A stretch of DNA of 64,000 nt, from positions 1 to 64,000 of the forward strand of contig CAUYUJ010000044.1 in the NCBI GenBank assembly GCA_963575745.1, in the 5' to 3' direction. The position numbers were made by a program, and so were the translations under genes. Shown one piece after another: positions 1 to 13,532 of this stretch. Source of the stretch: Prorocentrum cordatum (lineage: Eukaryota). Under the pieces are notes generated by a model, which saw nothing but the letters and a program-made list of their open reading frames with translations, ran no database searches and was not told the origin of the DNA. Each line of letters begins with the position of its first letter. The stretch's first letter is position 1.

Positions 1-122
1 CCGCAGCCCTCCGAGGCGGGCTTCTTCTTCGCCCTCCAGCCGGAGGAGGCCGCCCGGCAGGCCGGTCGCACGAACCCCTACGCCACGACGACGCGCCGGG
101 AGTTCTGCCAGCGCTACAGCAG
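1..122 (+). CDS. Probable internal exon of an intron-rich host gene (PSEAGFFFALQPEEAARQAGRTNPYATTTRREFCQRYS), product unknown
   Basis: Open frame from base 1 with almost all third positions G/C, non-repetitive, ending in CAG|GT at 122/123. Confidence 0.45.
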
Positions 123-367
123 GTCGGGAGCGTGTCGTCGGCGGCGCGCAGAGGGGTGTAGGGGGAGGGGGAATGCTTCTTAGAAGCACCCCTGCTTCTT
201 AGAAGGCGCGGGCCTTGTCTGCAGAAACAAGTGGCACGTGTGCCATGGCTCTTGCACAAAAAGGAAGGGGTAGGAGGAGGAGGTGGAGGAGGAGGGGGGA
301 AGAGGGGCAAGACATCGCCCCTCGGGGCCCAGCAACGGGGCCCAAATCCCAGTGGGGAGGGGGGGGA

Positions 368-660
368 GGTGGTGTGCGTCGCGACGCGGAATAAGTGCTC
401 GGAGCGGAGGGGTCACGGGGCGGAGGTCCCACTGGGGCGCTGGGGGCGCGGAGAGGAGGGGGGGGGGAGGTGGCGTGCGTTGCGACGCGGAATAAAATTG
501 TCGGGGCGGAGGGGGCACGGGGCGGAGCCCCCGCTGGGGCGCTGGGGACGCGGGGAGGGAGGTGGGGAAGGTGGTGTGCGTCGCGACGCGGAATAAAGCG
601 TTCGTGGCGGAGGGGGCAGTGGGCGGGGCTCCCGCTGGGGCGCTGGGGACGCGGGGGGGG
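368..660. repeat. Three ~100-bp tandem units (GGTGGTGTGCGTCGCGACGCGGAATAA...CTGGGGCGCTGGGG)
   Basis: Motif recurs at ~369, ~469 and ~570. Confidence 0.8.
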
Positions 661-1610
661 CACCCCTGAAGATCAGGCGATCGCAAACATGGATCGATGG
701 GGGCGTGGACTAGCGACGGGCCCCGCCATGGGAAATCGCGGATGTCCGCCGCGAGCCAGGACCGGCCGCCCGTGGGGGAGATCCACGGATTTGGCGACCG
801 CGCGCCACATCCGTGGATCGCCAATCCATGTCTGCGCGCCCCCGAGAAGAGCGCCCCTGGCGAGGCGCAGATGCTGCAGCGCACCGCGCGGCACAGAAAA
901 ACGCCGGGAGAGCTGGCGAAGACGTCCGCAGAGCCTCTGCTGAAGCGTCCCGCGTGCAGCCCAGCGGAGGAGCCGAGGAGAGGAGGCGGAGGAGCAGAAG
1001 GAGGGAGGGAGGGAGGGAGGGATGGAGTGGAGGAAGAACGGAAGGGACTGAGACAGGAAGGGAGGCGCGCTGCTTTGGGAATGCATGTACGGAGGGAGAG
1101 AGAGAGGGCGTAGGATGTAGGGAGGGCGGGAGGGAGTGGAGGGAGAGAATCGGGCGGGAGGGAGGGAGGGAGGGAGGGAGGAGGGAGGGAGGAGAGGAGG
1201 AGGAGGAGGAGGGATGGATGGAGGGAGGGAGGGAGGGAGGGAGGGAGGAGGAGGAGGGAGGGAGGAGGAGGAGTAGGAGGAGGAGGAGGGAGGGAGGAGG
1301 AGGAGGAGGGGCGCTGGGAGGTTCGTGGAGAAGACGGTCGCGCACCGCGCCTTTGCCGGCGGTGGCGGCCAAGCGCCGGCGGCGGAGCAGCCGCCGCACG
1401 CCGGCGTGCAGGCGACAGCGGGCGAGGCCAGGCGCCCCCGTCTGCCCGGACTCTGCGCTTCCCTCGCGTCCCTCTCGCCGCCTCCCTGCCCTCGCGGGCG
1501 AAGCACGCAGCGTACGGTCGGGCCGAGGCACAAGTTCGAGGCCGGTCCGGGGAGGGTGCCCCAGTGTTCTGCGTGCCTGCTGGATGTTCTCGTGCGCTCT
1601 GGGGAAGGTA

Positions 1611-1788
1611 TCCCGGATTTCGTAATAAAAGGGAGGGGGTCTGGACCCTCCAAGACAAGTCATTTCAGACCTCCCCCGTGGGAGAACCCTCCAAAACATC
1701 GTCCCCAGACCCCCCAGGCCCTCCAAGATAGCCTGGAAGAGTCCCCCCCCGAAATGAGACCTCCCTCCCTTTATTACGAAATCTGGAG
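1611..1788. mobile_element. 178-bp MITE, family A (Tc1/mariner-type, TA TSD)
   Basis: TIRs tcccggatttcgtaataaaagggagg / cctccctttattacgaaatctggag, TA on both sides; inverted second copy at 28961-29138. Confidence 0.9.
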
Positions 1789-2320
1789 TATCCTTGGATG
1801 CTCGCGGAGGCATTCATATTCTTGCAGGATGTTATCATGTCCCATGTCCGGCCGTATCCGTCTCCGCGGCCTCGCGGGCTGGTCCCCTTGGCCGCGACCC
1901 TGCGGATTCCACAGGCGTTTTGCTCGCGGACGTCCCGCGCAGAACGTCCGTGCGACCGCGCATCCGCGGCGTCGCGCCCCAGAGTCTAGAAGCGCAAGGG
2001 CGCGCACACGAATAACGCTTCGCAGCTCGTGGTGCCCGCCGACCTCCTGGGGTGTCCTGGGTGTCCCTCCGCTCCCTCCCGGGCGCTTCCTCGCGGCCCG
2101 GCTCGGGTATAGCCAGGGCCCCGGATAGGGGGACCCAGGTAGTGAAAGGACCCCGAAGCCAAAACATATGCCGGCATCGCTCTTTTGGGCGAGCTGGGAG
2201 TTGGTCCTTGCGTCTTGCCTTAAGTCGGGCATGTCTCTCTACAGGAAAAATATTCCATTATCCAGGCGAAGGATCCAACCACATGCAGTTGTGAGTAACG
2301 CGTTGTGGCTGCCGCTCTCG

Positions 2321-4570
2321 GTGGAGCTCCCTGTGGGGCCACGAAACGCGTGAGGGACGTGACGTAGTGGGTGGGGGAGACGCATGCGGGCGGTGCCACT
2401 GGGGCCTTCGGTGGGGCTCCTCCCTATGGGCCACGAAACGCTGCACTGGGTGTGGCTGACGCATGCGGGCGGTGCCCCTCGCTGGAGCTCCCGATGAGGC
2501 CACGAAACGCTGTGCTGGTTGGGGGAAACGCATTGCGGGCGGTGCCGCTGGGGTCTTTCTGTGCAGCTCCTTACCGGGCCGCGAAACGTTGCACTGGGTG
2601 GTGGCCGACGCATGCGGGCTGTGCCACTGGGACCTTCGGTGGAGCTCCCTATGGGGCCACGAGAGGGGGGGACGCATGCGGGCGGTGCCACTGGGGCCTT
2701 CGGTGGAGCGCCCTATGGGCCCACGCAGCGCAGCACTATGTGGGCCACTGGAGCTCCCTATGGGGGCACGGAGCGCTGTACTGGGTGTGGCGGACGCATG
2801 CGGGCGGTGCCACTGGGGGCTGGTGGAGCTCCCAATTAATGGGGCCGCGAAATGCAGTACTCGGTGGTGCACGACGCATGCGGGCGGTGCCATTGAGGTC
2901 TTTCTGTGGAGCTCCCTATGGGGCCACGTAGCGCTGTACTGGGTGTGGCGGGCGCACGTGGCCACCCCCACTGGGGCCTTGGGTGGAGCTCCTATGGGGC
3001 CACGAAACGCTGTACTGGGTGTGGCGGACGCATGCGGCCACCCCCACTGGAACCTTGGGTGGAGCTCCCTATGGGGCCACGAAGCGCTGGGTGTGGCGGA
3101 CGCATGTGGCCACCCCCAGTGGGGCCTTAGGTGGAGCTCCCCATGGGGCCACGAAACACTGTACTGGGTTTGGCGGACGCATGTGGCCACCCCAACTGGG
3201 GCCTTGGGTGAAGCTCCCTATGGGGCCACGGCGCGCTGTACTCGGTTTGGCGGACGCATGTGGCCACCCCACTGGGGCCTTACGTGGAGCTCCACGAAAC
3301 GCTGTACTGGGTGTAGCGGACGCATGTGGCCACCCCCACTTGGGCCTTGGGTGGAGTTTCCTATGGGGCCACGGAGCGCTGTACTCTGTGTGGCGGACGC
3401 ATGGGGCCACCCCCAGTGGGGCCTTAGTTGGAGCTCCCTATGGGGCCACGAAGCGCTGTACTGGGTGTGGCGGACGCATGTGGCCACCCCCACTTGGGCC
3501 TTGGGTGGAGCTCCCTATGGGGCCACGAAGCGCTGTACGTGGTGTGGCGGACGCATGAAGCCACCCCAGCTGGGGTCTTGGGTGGCCTTCCTGTGGGGGC
3601 ACGAAACGCTGTATTGGGAGTGGCGGACTCATGAAAGCCACCCCCGCTGGGGCCTCAGGTGGAGCTTCCTATGGGGCCACGAAGCGCTGTACTGGGTGTG
3701 GCGGACGCATGAGGCCACCCCACTGGGGCCTTGAGTGGAGCTCCTATGGGGCCACGAAGCGCTGTACTGGGTGTGGCGGACGCATGTGACCACCCCCACT
3801 GGGGCCTTGGGTGGAGCTCCCTATGGGGCCACGGAGCGCTGTCTTGGGTGTGGCGGACGCATGTGGCCCCCCCCAGTGGGGCTTTAGGTGGAGCTCCCCA
3901 TGGGGCCACGGAGCGCTGTACTGGGTGTGGCGGACGCATGTGGCCACCCCAGCTGGGGCCTTGGATGAAGCTCCCTATGGGGCCACGTAGCGCTGTACTG
4001 GGTGTGGCGGGCGCACGTGGCCACCCCCACTGGGGCCTTAGAGGTGGAGCTCCCCATGGGGCCACGGAGCGCTGTACTGGGTGTGGCGGACGCATGTGGC
4101 CACCCCCGCTTGGGCCTTAGGTGGAGCTCCTTGTGGGGCCACGAAGCATTGCACTGGGTGTGGCGGACGCATATGGCCACGCCTTGGTTGTGGCGGACGC
4201 ATGCGGCCACCCCCACTGGGGCCTTACGTGGAGCTCCCCATGGGGCCACGAAGCGCTGTACTGGGTGTGGCTGACGCATGTGGCCACCACCACTGGGGCC
4301 TTGGGTGGAGTTCCCTTGTGGGGGCACGACACGCTGTATTGGGTGTGGCGGACGCATGTGGCCACCCCCATTTGGGGTTTTGGGTGGAGCTCCCTATGGG
4401 GCCACGAAGCGCTGTGCTGGGTGTGGCGGACGCATGTGGCTACCCCCGCTGGGGCCTCACGTGGAGCTCCCTGTGGGGGCACGAAACGCTGTACTAGGTG
4501 TGGCGGACGCATGTGGCCACCCCCATTTGAGGTTTTGGATGGAGATCCCTATGGGGCCACGAAGCGCTGT
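2321..4570. repeat. 77-bp tandem satellite, about 29 copies
   Basis: Unit GGAGCTCCCTATGGGGCCACGAAGCGCTGTACTGGGTGTGGCGGACGCATGTGGCCACCCCCACTGGGGCCTTGGGT; diverged copies also at ~8315-8540. Confidence 0.95.
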
Positions 4571-4587
4571 TTTGTGTGTGATGGTTG

Positions 4588-5365
<778 letters not shown>

Positions 5366-7279
5366 GCCTGGGACAAATAGTTTCAAACATAAGTCTGGGG
5401 ACGATCTTCCGGTTTTTGTTTGGACTGTTTTTGAGTATGTTTTGGACTACTCTTGTTTTTCGCTCACAATTCGCCTGTATGGGGGACATGCCCGACGGAA
5501 CTCCTGCCTCCGTCCCCCACGGCGCCCCGTGCCCGGGCGGGCTCGGCGCGCCCCAGGCGCGCGGAGGCCTGGCTCTCTGCGCCTCCCTCCTGCCCACTGC
5601 CGCCCCGAGGAGGAGGAGGAGGAGGGGGAGGGGGAGGGGGGAGGGGGGAGGAGGAGGAGGAGGAGGAGGAGGAGGAGGAGGAGGAGGAGGAGGAGGAGGA
5701 GGAGGAGGAGGAGGAGAGGAGGAGGGAGGAGGAGGAGGAGGAGGAGGAGGAGGAGGAGAGGAGGAGGAGGAGAGGAGGGAGGAGGAGGAGGAGGAGGAGG
5801 AGGAGTGCGGGCAAGCCACACCGCAGCGACGGAGCCACGGAGCGACGGAGCGGCGACCGGCGGCCGACGACGCATCGGCGGCTGGCGGTCGGCGATCGCC
5901 TCCCGGGCTGGCGGCCGGAGGCCCCGAGGGCCTTCGGGGGCCTCCGGCAGTGGAGGCGAGGCCGCTGCGGTCAGCTCTGCCCGCTGCCGCCCCGCAGCCA
6001 TGTCCAGCGCGTCTGGGGTCGGGGGAGAAAAAGATACGGATACGTGTTGTCCCCCTTCGTTTTCGGCCTTTCCCGGCCCTCCTGGGGAATCCTCGTTGTC
6101 ACCGCTGGATTCGCTTCGAAATTCTGGTCAGAACGCACCCCAAGAGAGGTCCGGGGACAACACGTATCCGTATCTTTCCGTCCCCCAATGGGCCAATGGG
6201 GCTTTCTGGGAAGGGGCGCCGCAAGGCCGAGGCGCACTGGGCACTGATGAAACTCGAGCCTTTGCGGGCCAGATCTCAATCCATCCAGTGCCTCTCATGT
6301 TTCTGGGGAAGGGAACCCGAAACTCCAAGACGCACTGGATGTGGACAGAGACATTGCCCGCACAGAGTCTCGGGCGTCCCTCCCGCCCTATCGCCTCGCT
6401 GCCTGCCTGTGTCTCTCCACGGGCCTTTCGATTACTCGCTTCTCCGAGGAGGGAGAAGGTACCCATATCGCTATCCTTCCCTCGCTGCCCTCTTTTTTTG
6501 GCCTCCTGGGAGGCCCTCGCCGCCACCGCTGGATTCGTCTCGACATCATGGTCAGAGCGCACCACAGGAGAGGTCCAGGGAGTAGCCGTATCTGTACCTT
6601 CTTGTTTCCTCACACTCCGCCGGACTATCACGTATATTTGGCGATACGTGTGTGTACGTATATATATATATATATATATGTTGGTATGCCCGTGGCGAGC
6701 GAGACGGAGGAGGTGGAGGAGGAGGAAGAGGAGGAGTTGACGATTAGGATGAGGCCTCTCGATGTCTTCTTGGGGCATTATTTGGGCCAAACCGGGTCGT
6801 GGTCAAGACGCCTCTCTGTGATCATTCTTGGGGTCTTTGGGGAGGCCTCTCGGCGGCCTCTTGGCGGTATTTCTGGGATGAGCTAGCGCAGCTTCGTGGC
6901 TATGCCGCAGTTCGACGATGACGAGGTTCCGCCCCGATCCCTCCCCTGCCCCTCCCACTCTCCCTTCCGCCTGCCCCTTGAAGAAGGAAAAGCTGCACGA
7001 GCATTTCGAGAATGTATTTTGGTGCGGCCTTCTCTTACTATATCCGCCCCCCTGGAAACCCCTCCCGTCCCCTTCTTCCTCCTCTTCCTTCTCCTCCTCC
7101 TTCTCCTTCTTCTCCTCGTCCTCCTCCTCCTCCTCCTCGTCCTCATTCCTCCTCCTCCTCCTCCTTCTCCTCCTCCTGCTCCTTCTCCTCTTCCTGCTCT
7201 TTTGCCTCCTTGCGCCGCCCGCTGCGGGCCCGCTCGCTGTCCGAGCGCGTGCTCTGCGAGGCTGCGCGTCGCAGAATCC

Positions 7280-7367
<88 letters not shown>

Positions 7368-9068
7368 TTTCTCTTCCGCGGGCGTGCTGCGGGGAAGAAG
7401 GCGGGCGCGACGCCGCCCCCTTCTTCCTTCCGCCCCCCGGGGAGCCAGATGTCCTCCCCCCCTCCCCTCCTCCCGCCCAGACATACGTGACATATGGATA
7501 ACAATGGGAATCTTCGGAAGTGTGTCTGTTCATAAGTGTGTCCCTGGACCCCTTCGCATGAGGAGGTCGATGGGGAACGAGAACGAGGGTGCGACAGGCG
7601 GTGTCGGCGCGGGCCGCCTCCGGGGCGGCCGCAAACCAATTTCGCTTGAGGCCACCCCTCACCGCTGCCGCTGCCCCCCCTTCGTACCACTCCTGCACGC
7701 GCTCTCCCCGCCTGCAGCACCACCGCTCGGCCTGGCGGTGGTCTTGCGGCGGTGTTTGTGCGACTGTGGCGCGCACGGCGGCACAGTTCGCTTTCACGGC
7801 GTTCCCGCTTATGCATCCCGTCGCCAGCGCGGACGTCCCTTGCGTAGCCGCCGACGCCAAAAAGTGCGACTGGCGTCGAGGGTCCAGGGCGAGCCTCCCC
7901 GGCGCCTGCGGGTGCTCGCGGGATCGCGTTGGTGGGGCTAGCCTGGACGTGAAGGGCAACCGTCACGTGGAAGAAAACAATCACTCTGGCGACCAACCGA
8001 ACCTTATCAAAACAAAGGGCAATTATATACTGGACGGGTCGACACACAAGAACACGCTGAAAAACCCGCAGTGTCCCCGACAATTTTGCCAAACACGGTC
8101 AGACTGCGAAGGGAGTCCCCCGTTCATGCATGCGCACGCACAGATCGACTCGCAATGGGGATAACGACGATGTGCTCGACGCGAAGCAGGACGGTTGTCT
8201 GGCACGAAAGGGGGGCGCCCACATTTATCAGTTACATGTGGCGATGGTGACGCCATTCAAACCATATACATATAATCCCGAACAGCATGCTGCAAAATAC
8301 GATATGTGCTCGTGAGGGCCACGAAACGCGAGATGGATGTGCCGAAATGGGCGGGGCGACGCTATGCGAACGCACCCACTGGGGGCCATGCGCAAACGCA
8401 AGCTTACGGGCCATCGGTGGAGCTCCATGGGGGGACGGTGCAGGTGAGAGGTGTTTAGAAATTGGCGGGGCGACGCCATTCGCTCGCACCCATTGGGGCT
8501 CTCGGTGAAGCTCCCTGATAGGGGGGACGGAAACCAACGCGAAGGTCGGCATTCGTTAGGTGATCTAGAAACACAGACCCACTATAACCCGTGCTGCCGC
8601 AATGAACTCTCCACCAGCGTGTTCTCCATTACCATATTTAACCAGCGCGGGGCACCCCGAGTTTTTTTAAATGACAGCTGTGCAACATCGCGAGTGGTTT
8701 GTAAGTCATTTGATCGGCGAATCCCGCTCGGCTTGTGCCTACCTGCCAGGGCGATTTGCGTTGACCAGAGAAACGCGCGCGTGAATCTCAGGGCCAGGGC
8801 AGGGTGTCGGCAGGTCATTGGCCCATAAAGTCTCACTCAGTACATTCGAACGCTCGCGCCCTTGTCCCGAAGCCCTGAAGAAAACGCAGGCGGATCGCAG
8901 AGCAAGCTTGTGCAATTTCGGCGCATGCAAATTTAGCTCAGGGTCGTATGCCACAAATTGTGCGCAACCGGCATATGCCAACAATACTTCACACGCAGTG
9001 CAACCTATGCGAAGAACATTCAACAAGTCAAGACGTGAAGCAAGCGGCGGGGTCGGGAAGCAGCCCCC

Positions 9069-9460
9069 TCATGTGTCCAGCCAGCCACCATTGACCACGT
9101 GCACGAGGTCGTGCATGCGCCAGGGCATCTGCCTGCACAAGCCGTCGAGGTCATGCTGGGCGCTGGCCCGCGTGGCCGCCGCCTCGTTTCGCCTCTCGAA
9201 CTTCTCTTCCTCCTCGGTTTCAGGCCACGCCTGCGTTGGCAAGGTGGGCCGAAATCCATGCCTCACCCGCGCTCGACAGTCTCGCGCGGGCAGAGTTCCG
9301 CATGGTGCGCTTGCTGGGCGCCGGCGCCGTTGCCACGGGGCCTTGAACTTCAACTCGCGCAAGGCCCGCTCGCACCGATGCGCGACGCCCCCGCCCTGCC
9401 ATAAGCCGCCGCCGTGGTCCACGAAAGGATGCCTGGCTGATCGTCGCGGGGCCGCGCGAT
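9069..9460 (-). pseudogene. Remnant of the C-terminal part of a Tc1/mariner/IS630-like DDE transposase
   Basis: Peptide RVRHGFRPTLPTQAWPETEEEEKFERR...HDLDGLCRQMPWRMHDLVHVVNGGWL resembles the 'L..S(M)P.R...V....G' tail of Tc1/IS630 transposases. Recognised by eye only. Confidence 0.4.
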
Positions 9461-10639
9461 GCTGGGCGCTCTGAGCTTGCGCGCGAAGTCGGGCGCGCCG
9501 CTAACGGCGTCGTTGCCCCGCGCGAGGACATGCGTTCAACGGGCCCGCGTGTGCTCGTTCCCGCCGGGTGCCTCGTTCATGCTGCCGCGCGCGTTTACAG
9601 GCTCGCGCCCCGCGTCGCTGGGCGCCCGCCCCGCGCCGACATGTCCGCGCGATGGCTTCCCGGGCAGTGGCGGGCGCAGCGCTGCTGCAGATGTCCGTCC
9701 AGACAGCGCGCGGCCGACGCTAGTTGAGCGCGTGCTCCAGTGACAGCGCGCACTGACTAGAGGGCGCGCTCTTCGGCGCGTCCCGCGGCGGCGTGGATGC
9801 CTGTCCCAGGCGTTTCTGGTAGGTCCACGGCGCGTCAGGATCGAGCTCGTAGCCGCGACTCCCCATGTCGCGCGCGACTTTCTGGCCGACTTGGCACCCC
9901 GTGGTTGCGCTCCAAGAAGCTTCCGGGCATTGGGGCGGTACCAGGGCCGCGCGCGGGCTTGACCCCGCGCTCTTTCATGGTCGCCGGATTGGCTGTGATG
10001 ACTGCTTTGCGAGTTTCGCTCAGAGCGGAGGTGCGACCGCCGAGTCTTCCGTGCTTTCTGCCTGGAGACTAGTCTTCGCCCCAGCCCATCTTGCTGAGCA
10101 GCCTGCTGATTGAACTTAGACTTGGGCGGTGGCGCCCAGGGCGTTGCGCGGTGGGCGCGGTCTGCGATCTTCTCCCCGTGTAGCTCCTTCCCCGCCTCCT
10201 TAGCCCATGTGATTTGGCCTGTTGCCGCGGGGTTGGAGCCCTGCTCAGCGTCGAAGGGCGCGGGCGCGCTGGCGTCTTGGCGGCAGGCGGCGAGGGCCAG
10301 CTTGAAATGTGCTTGGACCGAATGGCCACATGTGGTGTCCTTCTGTCTGCATCCCTGCGCCTGCCTGCGTATTTTCCAGTCTGTTTACCGTTGTCGGTAA
10401 GCCTGTCGGCCTGTCGCTGTCGGTGTGTCGGGCTCTGCGGGCCTGCCTCCGTTTCTCGGTCGGTCGGTCTGTCTGGCTGCCTGTGCGCCTGCCTGTCGGT
10501 CTGTTGTCGGTCTGTCTGCCGGTCTGTCTGCCTGTTTGCCTGTCTCTCTTCCTGCAGCGCTGCGTGTCCGTCCGTTGGTCTGTCGGCCTGTTCGTGCGTC
10601 GGTCGGTCGGTCGATCTGTCGGTGGATCGCCCGCGCGCC

Positions 10640-11440
10640 GCGCGCGCATGCGCCCGCGGCGAGCGCGCTCGGGCAGGCAAGCGACGCGCGCGCGGCCGCG
10701 CGCACATGTGCGCGAATGCGCACGCGCACGCACGCGCACGCGCGCACGCACGCGCGCACGCCCGCACGCGCGCGCGCATGCTAGCACGCGCACGCGCGCA
10801 CACGCACATGCGCACACGCACGCGCGCACACGCGCGCGCACGCGCGCGCACGCGCGTGCGCGGGCACGCACGCGCACGCGCACGCGCACACCACGCACGC
10901 GCACACGTGCACACACGCGCACACACCCGCGCGCGCACACATGCGCACGCGCGCACGCACATGCACGCGCACACGCACACGCACGCGCACACCGCGCCTA
11001 CGCACGCGCACACACGGGCCCACACTCGCACGTGGACACGCGCGCACACACGCCAGACCACACGCACGCATGCGCATGCGCACGCAGGCACACACGCACA
11101 CGCGCACGCACGCACACGCACACGCACACGCGCACACGCGCACGCGTTCGCACGCACACACGTTCACACGCACACGCGCGCGCGCGAACACATACACGCG
11201 CGCGCGTTCACGCGCGCGCACGCACGCGCGCACGCGCGCGCGCACGCACGCGCGCACATGGGCAAGCGTGCACACGCGCACGCGCAATCATGCACGCATG
11301 CGCGCACACGCGCGCACGCGCCAATACACACGCACGCACGCACGCAAACACGCATTCATACACACACACACACTTGCACTCACATTCGCATGCGCGCTCA
11401 CACTCACATTCACACACATACACACGCTCTCACGCACGCA
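10640..11440. repeat. (CGCA/CACG)n purine-pyrimidine alternating repeat
   Basis: Direct inspection; preceded by a (CTGT/CGGT)n tract from ~10400. Confidence 0.9.
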
Positions 11441-11807
11441 CGTCAGTTTCAGGGATAGGGATGAAGTCGAGGCCGGTTGTGGTGAGCCTTCCAGGCGCTC
11501 TTTTCGTGCGGCTCCGCTGCGACGTCCGTTTGCGCAGCATGTGGCCTGGTTCGTGGTGACCCGCAGGTCAGTGGCCGTGCTGGCACTGTTTGGGTCAGCG
11601 TTGTGATCCCAAAATGGCAGTGTTTTGTCTTGTTGGATGTTGGTTTCTGGCCCGCGGCCGTCTGGTTCTCCTCTTGCGCGGTCGTTGTGGTGGATTCAGC
11701 TTTTGGCCCTGGTTGAGCTTCGGGCGGTGGTGCCTCGAGGCTGATGCCCGGTGGTGCAGGGAATGCTGGACAGTCGTCTTTCGCCACTCTGCGTGCCAGC
11801 AGCAATT

Positions 11808-12240
11808 GGCGGGTGGTTTTCAACATGTGGTTCTCGTTTCAGCGTCGTGCACATTCGGATTCAACATTTGCAAAAATTTCGCGGATTGAGGGCGGATGGT
11901 TTTCAATGTGTGACTATCGCGTCAGCGCCACGCACATTTGTTTCCACAATTAGCAGGAGTTTCATGGATTGAGGGCGGGTCGTTTTCGCTTTAAGAATGT
12001 GCAAGAGCTTCACGGACTGCGGGCGGGTTGTTTCAAGATGTGGCTCTCGCCTTAGCGTCGCGCGCTTTCGTTTGAAACAGGTGCACTTGCTTCGCGGATT
12101 GAGGGCAGGTTGCTTTCAAGATGTGGCTCTCGCTTTAGCGCCGCGCACACTCGTTTCACCAAATTGCGAGAGCTTCACGGATTGAGGGCCGTTCGTTTTT
12201 TAAATGTGGCTCTCGCTTTTGCGCCGCGCACTTCAGTTTA
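11808..12240. repeat. ~80-bp degenerate tandem repeat (TTTCAAGATGTGGCTCTCGC...CGGATTGAGGGC)
   Basis: Five to six recurrences of the two motifs. Confidence 0.8.
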
Positions 12241-13149
12241 AACGCATTGCATAAGGCTTGTGGTTTTTCATGGTTAATCTTGCAGCAATTGTGTTCTCGA
12301 ACGGTTAAGGGTTGTCAGGGCGCAACAATTACGTTGATTCGCTGTGTTGCAGTCCAAGGAAAGGCGTTCTGGCGCGATTCAGGACCGTCAAGACGCAACA
12401 GTCAGATCGACTCTGACGTTGAAATCCTGAGAATAGTGTTTGACACGATGCAGGATTTTCGCACGGTTGTCTCCAGACAGGACTCTTCCCTCAGTGGAGG
12501 TGAATCGTTGTATGGGGCCTATGAAGAGGGAGCTTGAAAGGATGATGTATCCCGACATCGTTGATCGGTCTTGAGTTTGCACTGGTCCTCCTCCTCCTTT
12601 TCCTTCTCCTACTCGGGCCAAGGGTGTTGTCCCCAATCCTGAAGGTCAACCCTCTGCTCATAGGAGGGGCTGCGCAGAGTTCTTGGCCAGTTTGGGCGTG
12701 AGCAGAGCAGCTCCTGTGAACTCCCCGCGCATCGTCCAATTCTAGGCTCTAGGCCTTCCAGATGGGGTCCGTGCAGATTAGGTCTGAGGTTCGCGCCGCA
12801 TCGAGGATGCATCGCCGATGCGGCTTGATGTGGAACCGGACTTTCTCCACGCCGACGGCGCCGGTACATCGCCGACGTCGCCAGTGCATCGGCGATGCCA
12901 CGGGGATGCACCGCCGATGCATCAACGACTTGGCGCTATCCTCCGACCCCATCCACTCTGGCCCCATCTTGTAGGCCTCTATAATGTGAGCTCCCCGCGC
13001 ATTGAGCACTGCTCTGACCCGATCTACAGTCTTAGCTCCAGCTCGACTTCGCGCATTGATCACTGCTCCGACCCCATCTACAGTCCATTCAAAGACCACT
13101 TTGGGTTCAGGAGAGGCTCTGGTTTTCTTGCCGTTCCTTCCTTTTCCTT

Positions 13150-13280
13150 GGCATCGCTCGGACGTGTGCGTTTTTGTTGGGGCGAGGGCCATCGAGGAGC
13201 AGACTGGATCATCCTACGAAAAGATACACGCACGAGATCGACACATGTACGGGGAATGGAATGGACGTCCGAGCGATTGC
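13150..13280. mobile_element. ~130-bp MITE, family C (GCATCGCTCGGACGT...ACGTCCGAGCGATGC)
   Basis: Terminal inverted repeat. Second copy at 15980-16214 carries a nested insertion. Confidence 0.75.
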
Positions 13281-13532
13281 GAGTCTCGCCTGCGGAGCCT
13301 ACTTCGTGTCCGGGGCTCAGCGTGACCAGAAGAGTCCCCTCGTGCCTTGCTCTGTCGCTTCGTGTGGTAGGGCTGTCGCTGTTGGGGCGGCGAACGCGGT
13401 CTGTGTTGTTGGGGGGACGGAGGTGGGGGCACCGCTCGCAGGGTAAGAGTAAGCCTGAGCAGCCCAACCGTCGGCAGCAACAAACCTGAGATCCGAGCTT
13501 CTTGCGGATGGGTTTCGGAAGGGTTGTTGCCC

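Noticed and set aside
180..2128. Several overlapping 270-490 aa ORFs
   Set aside because: They are low-complexity, GC-rich open frames that cross a MITE and have no recognisable domain.
2321..4570. CRISPR-like array
   Set aside because: The units are contiguous near-identical repeats with no unique spacers and no cas genes.
7950..9020. Lower-GC unique-looking segments (also 12240-12750, 50400-50820, 54260-54490)
   Set aside because: They are probably old TE or gene fragments, but I found no motif I can support.
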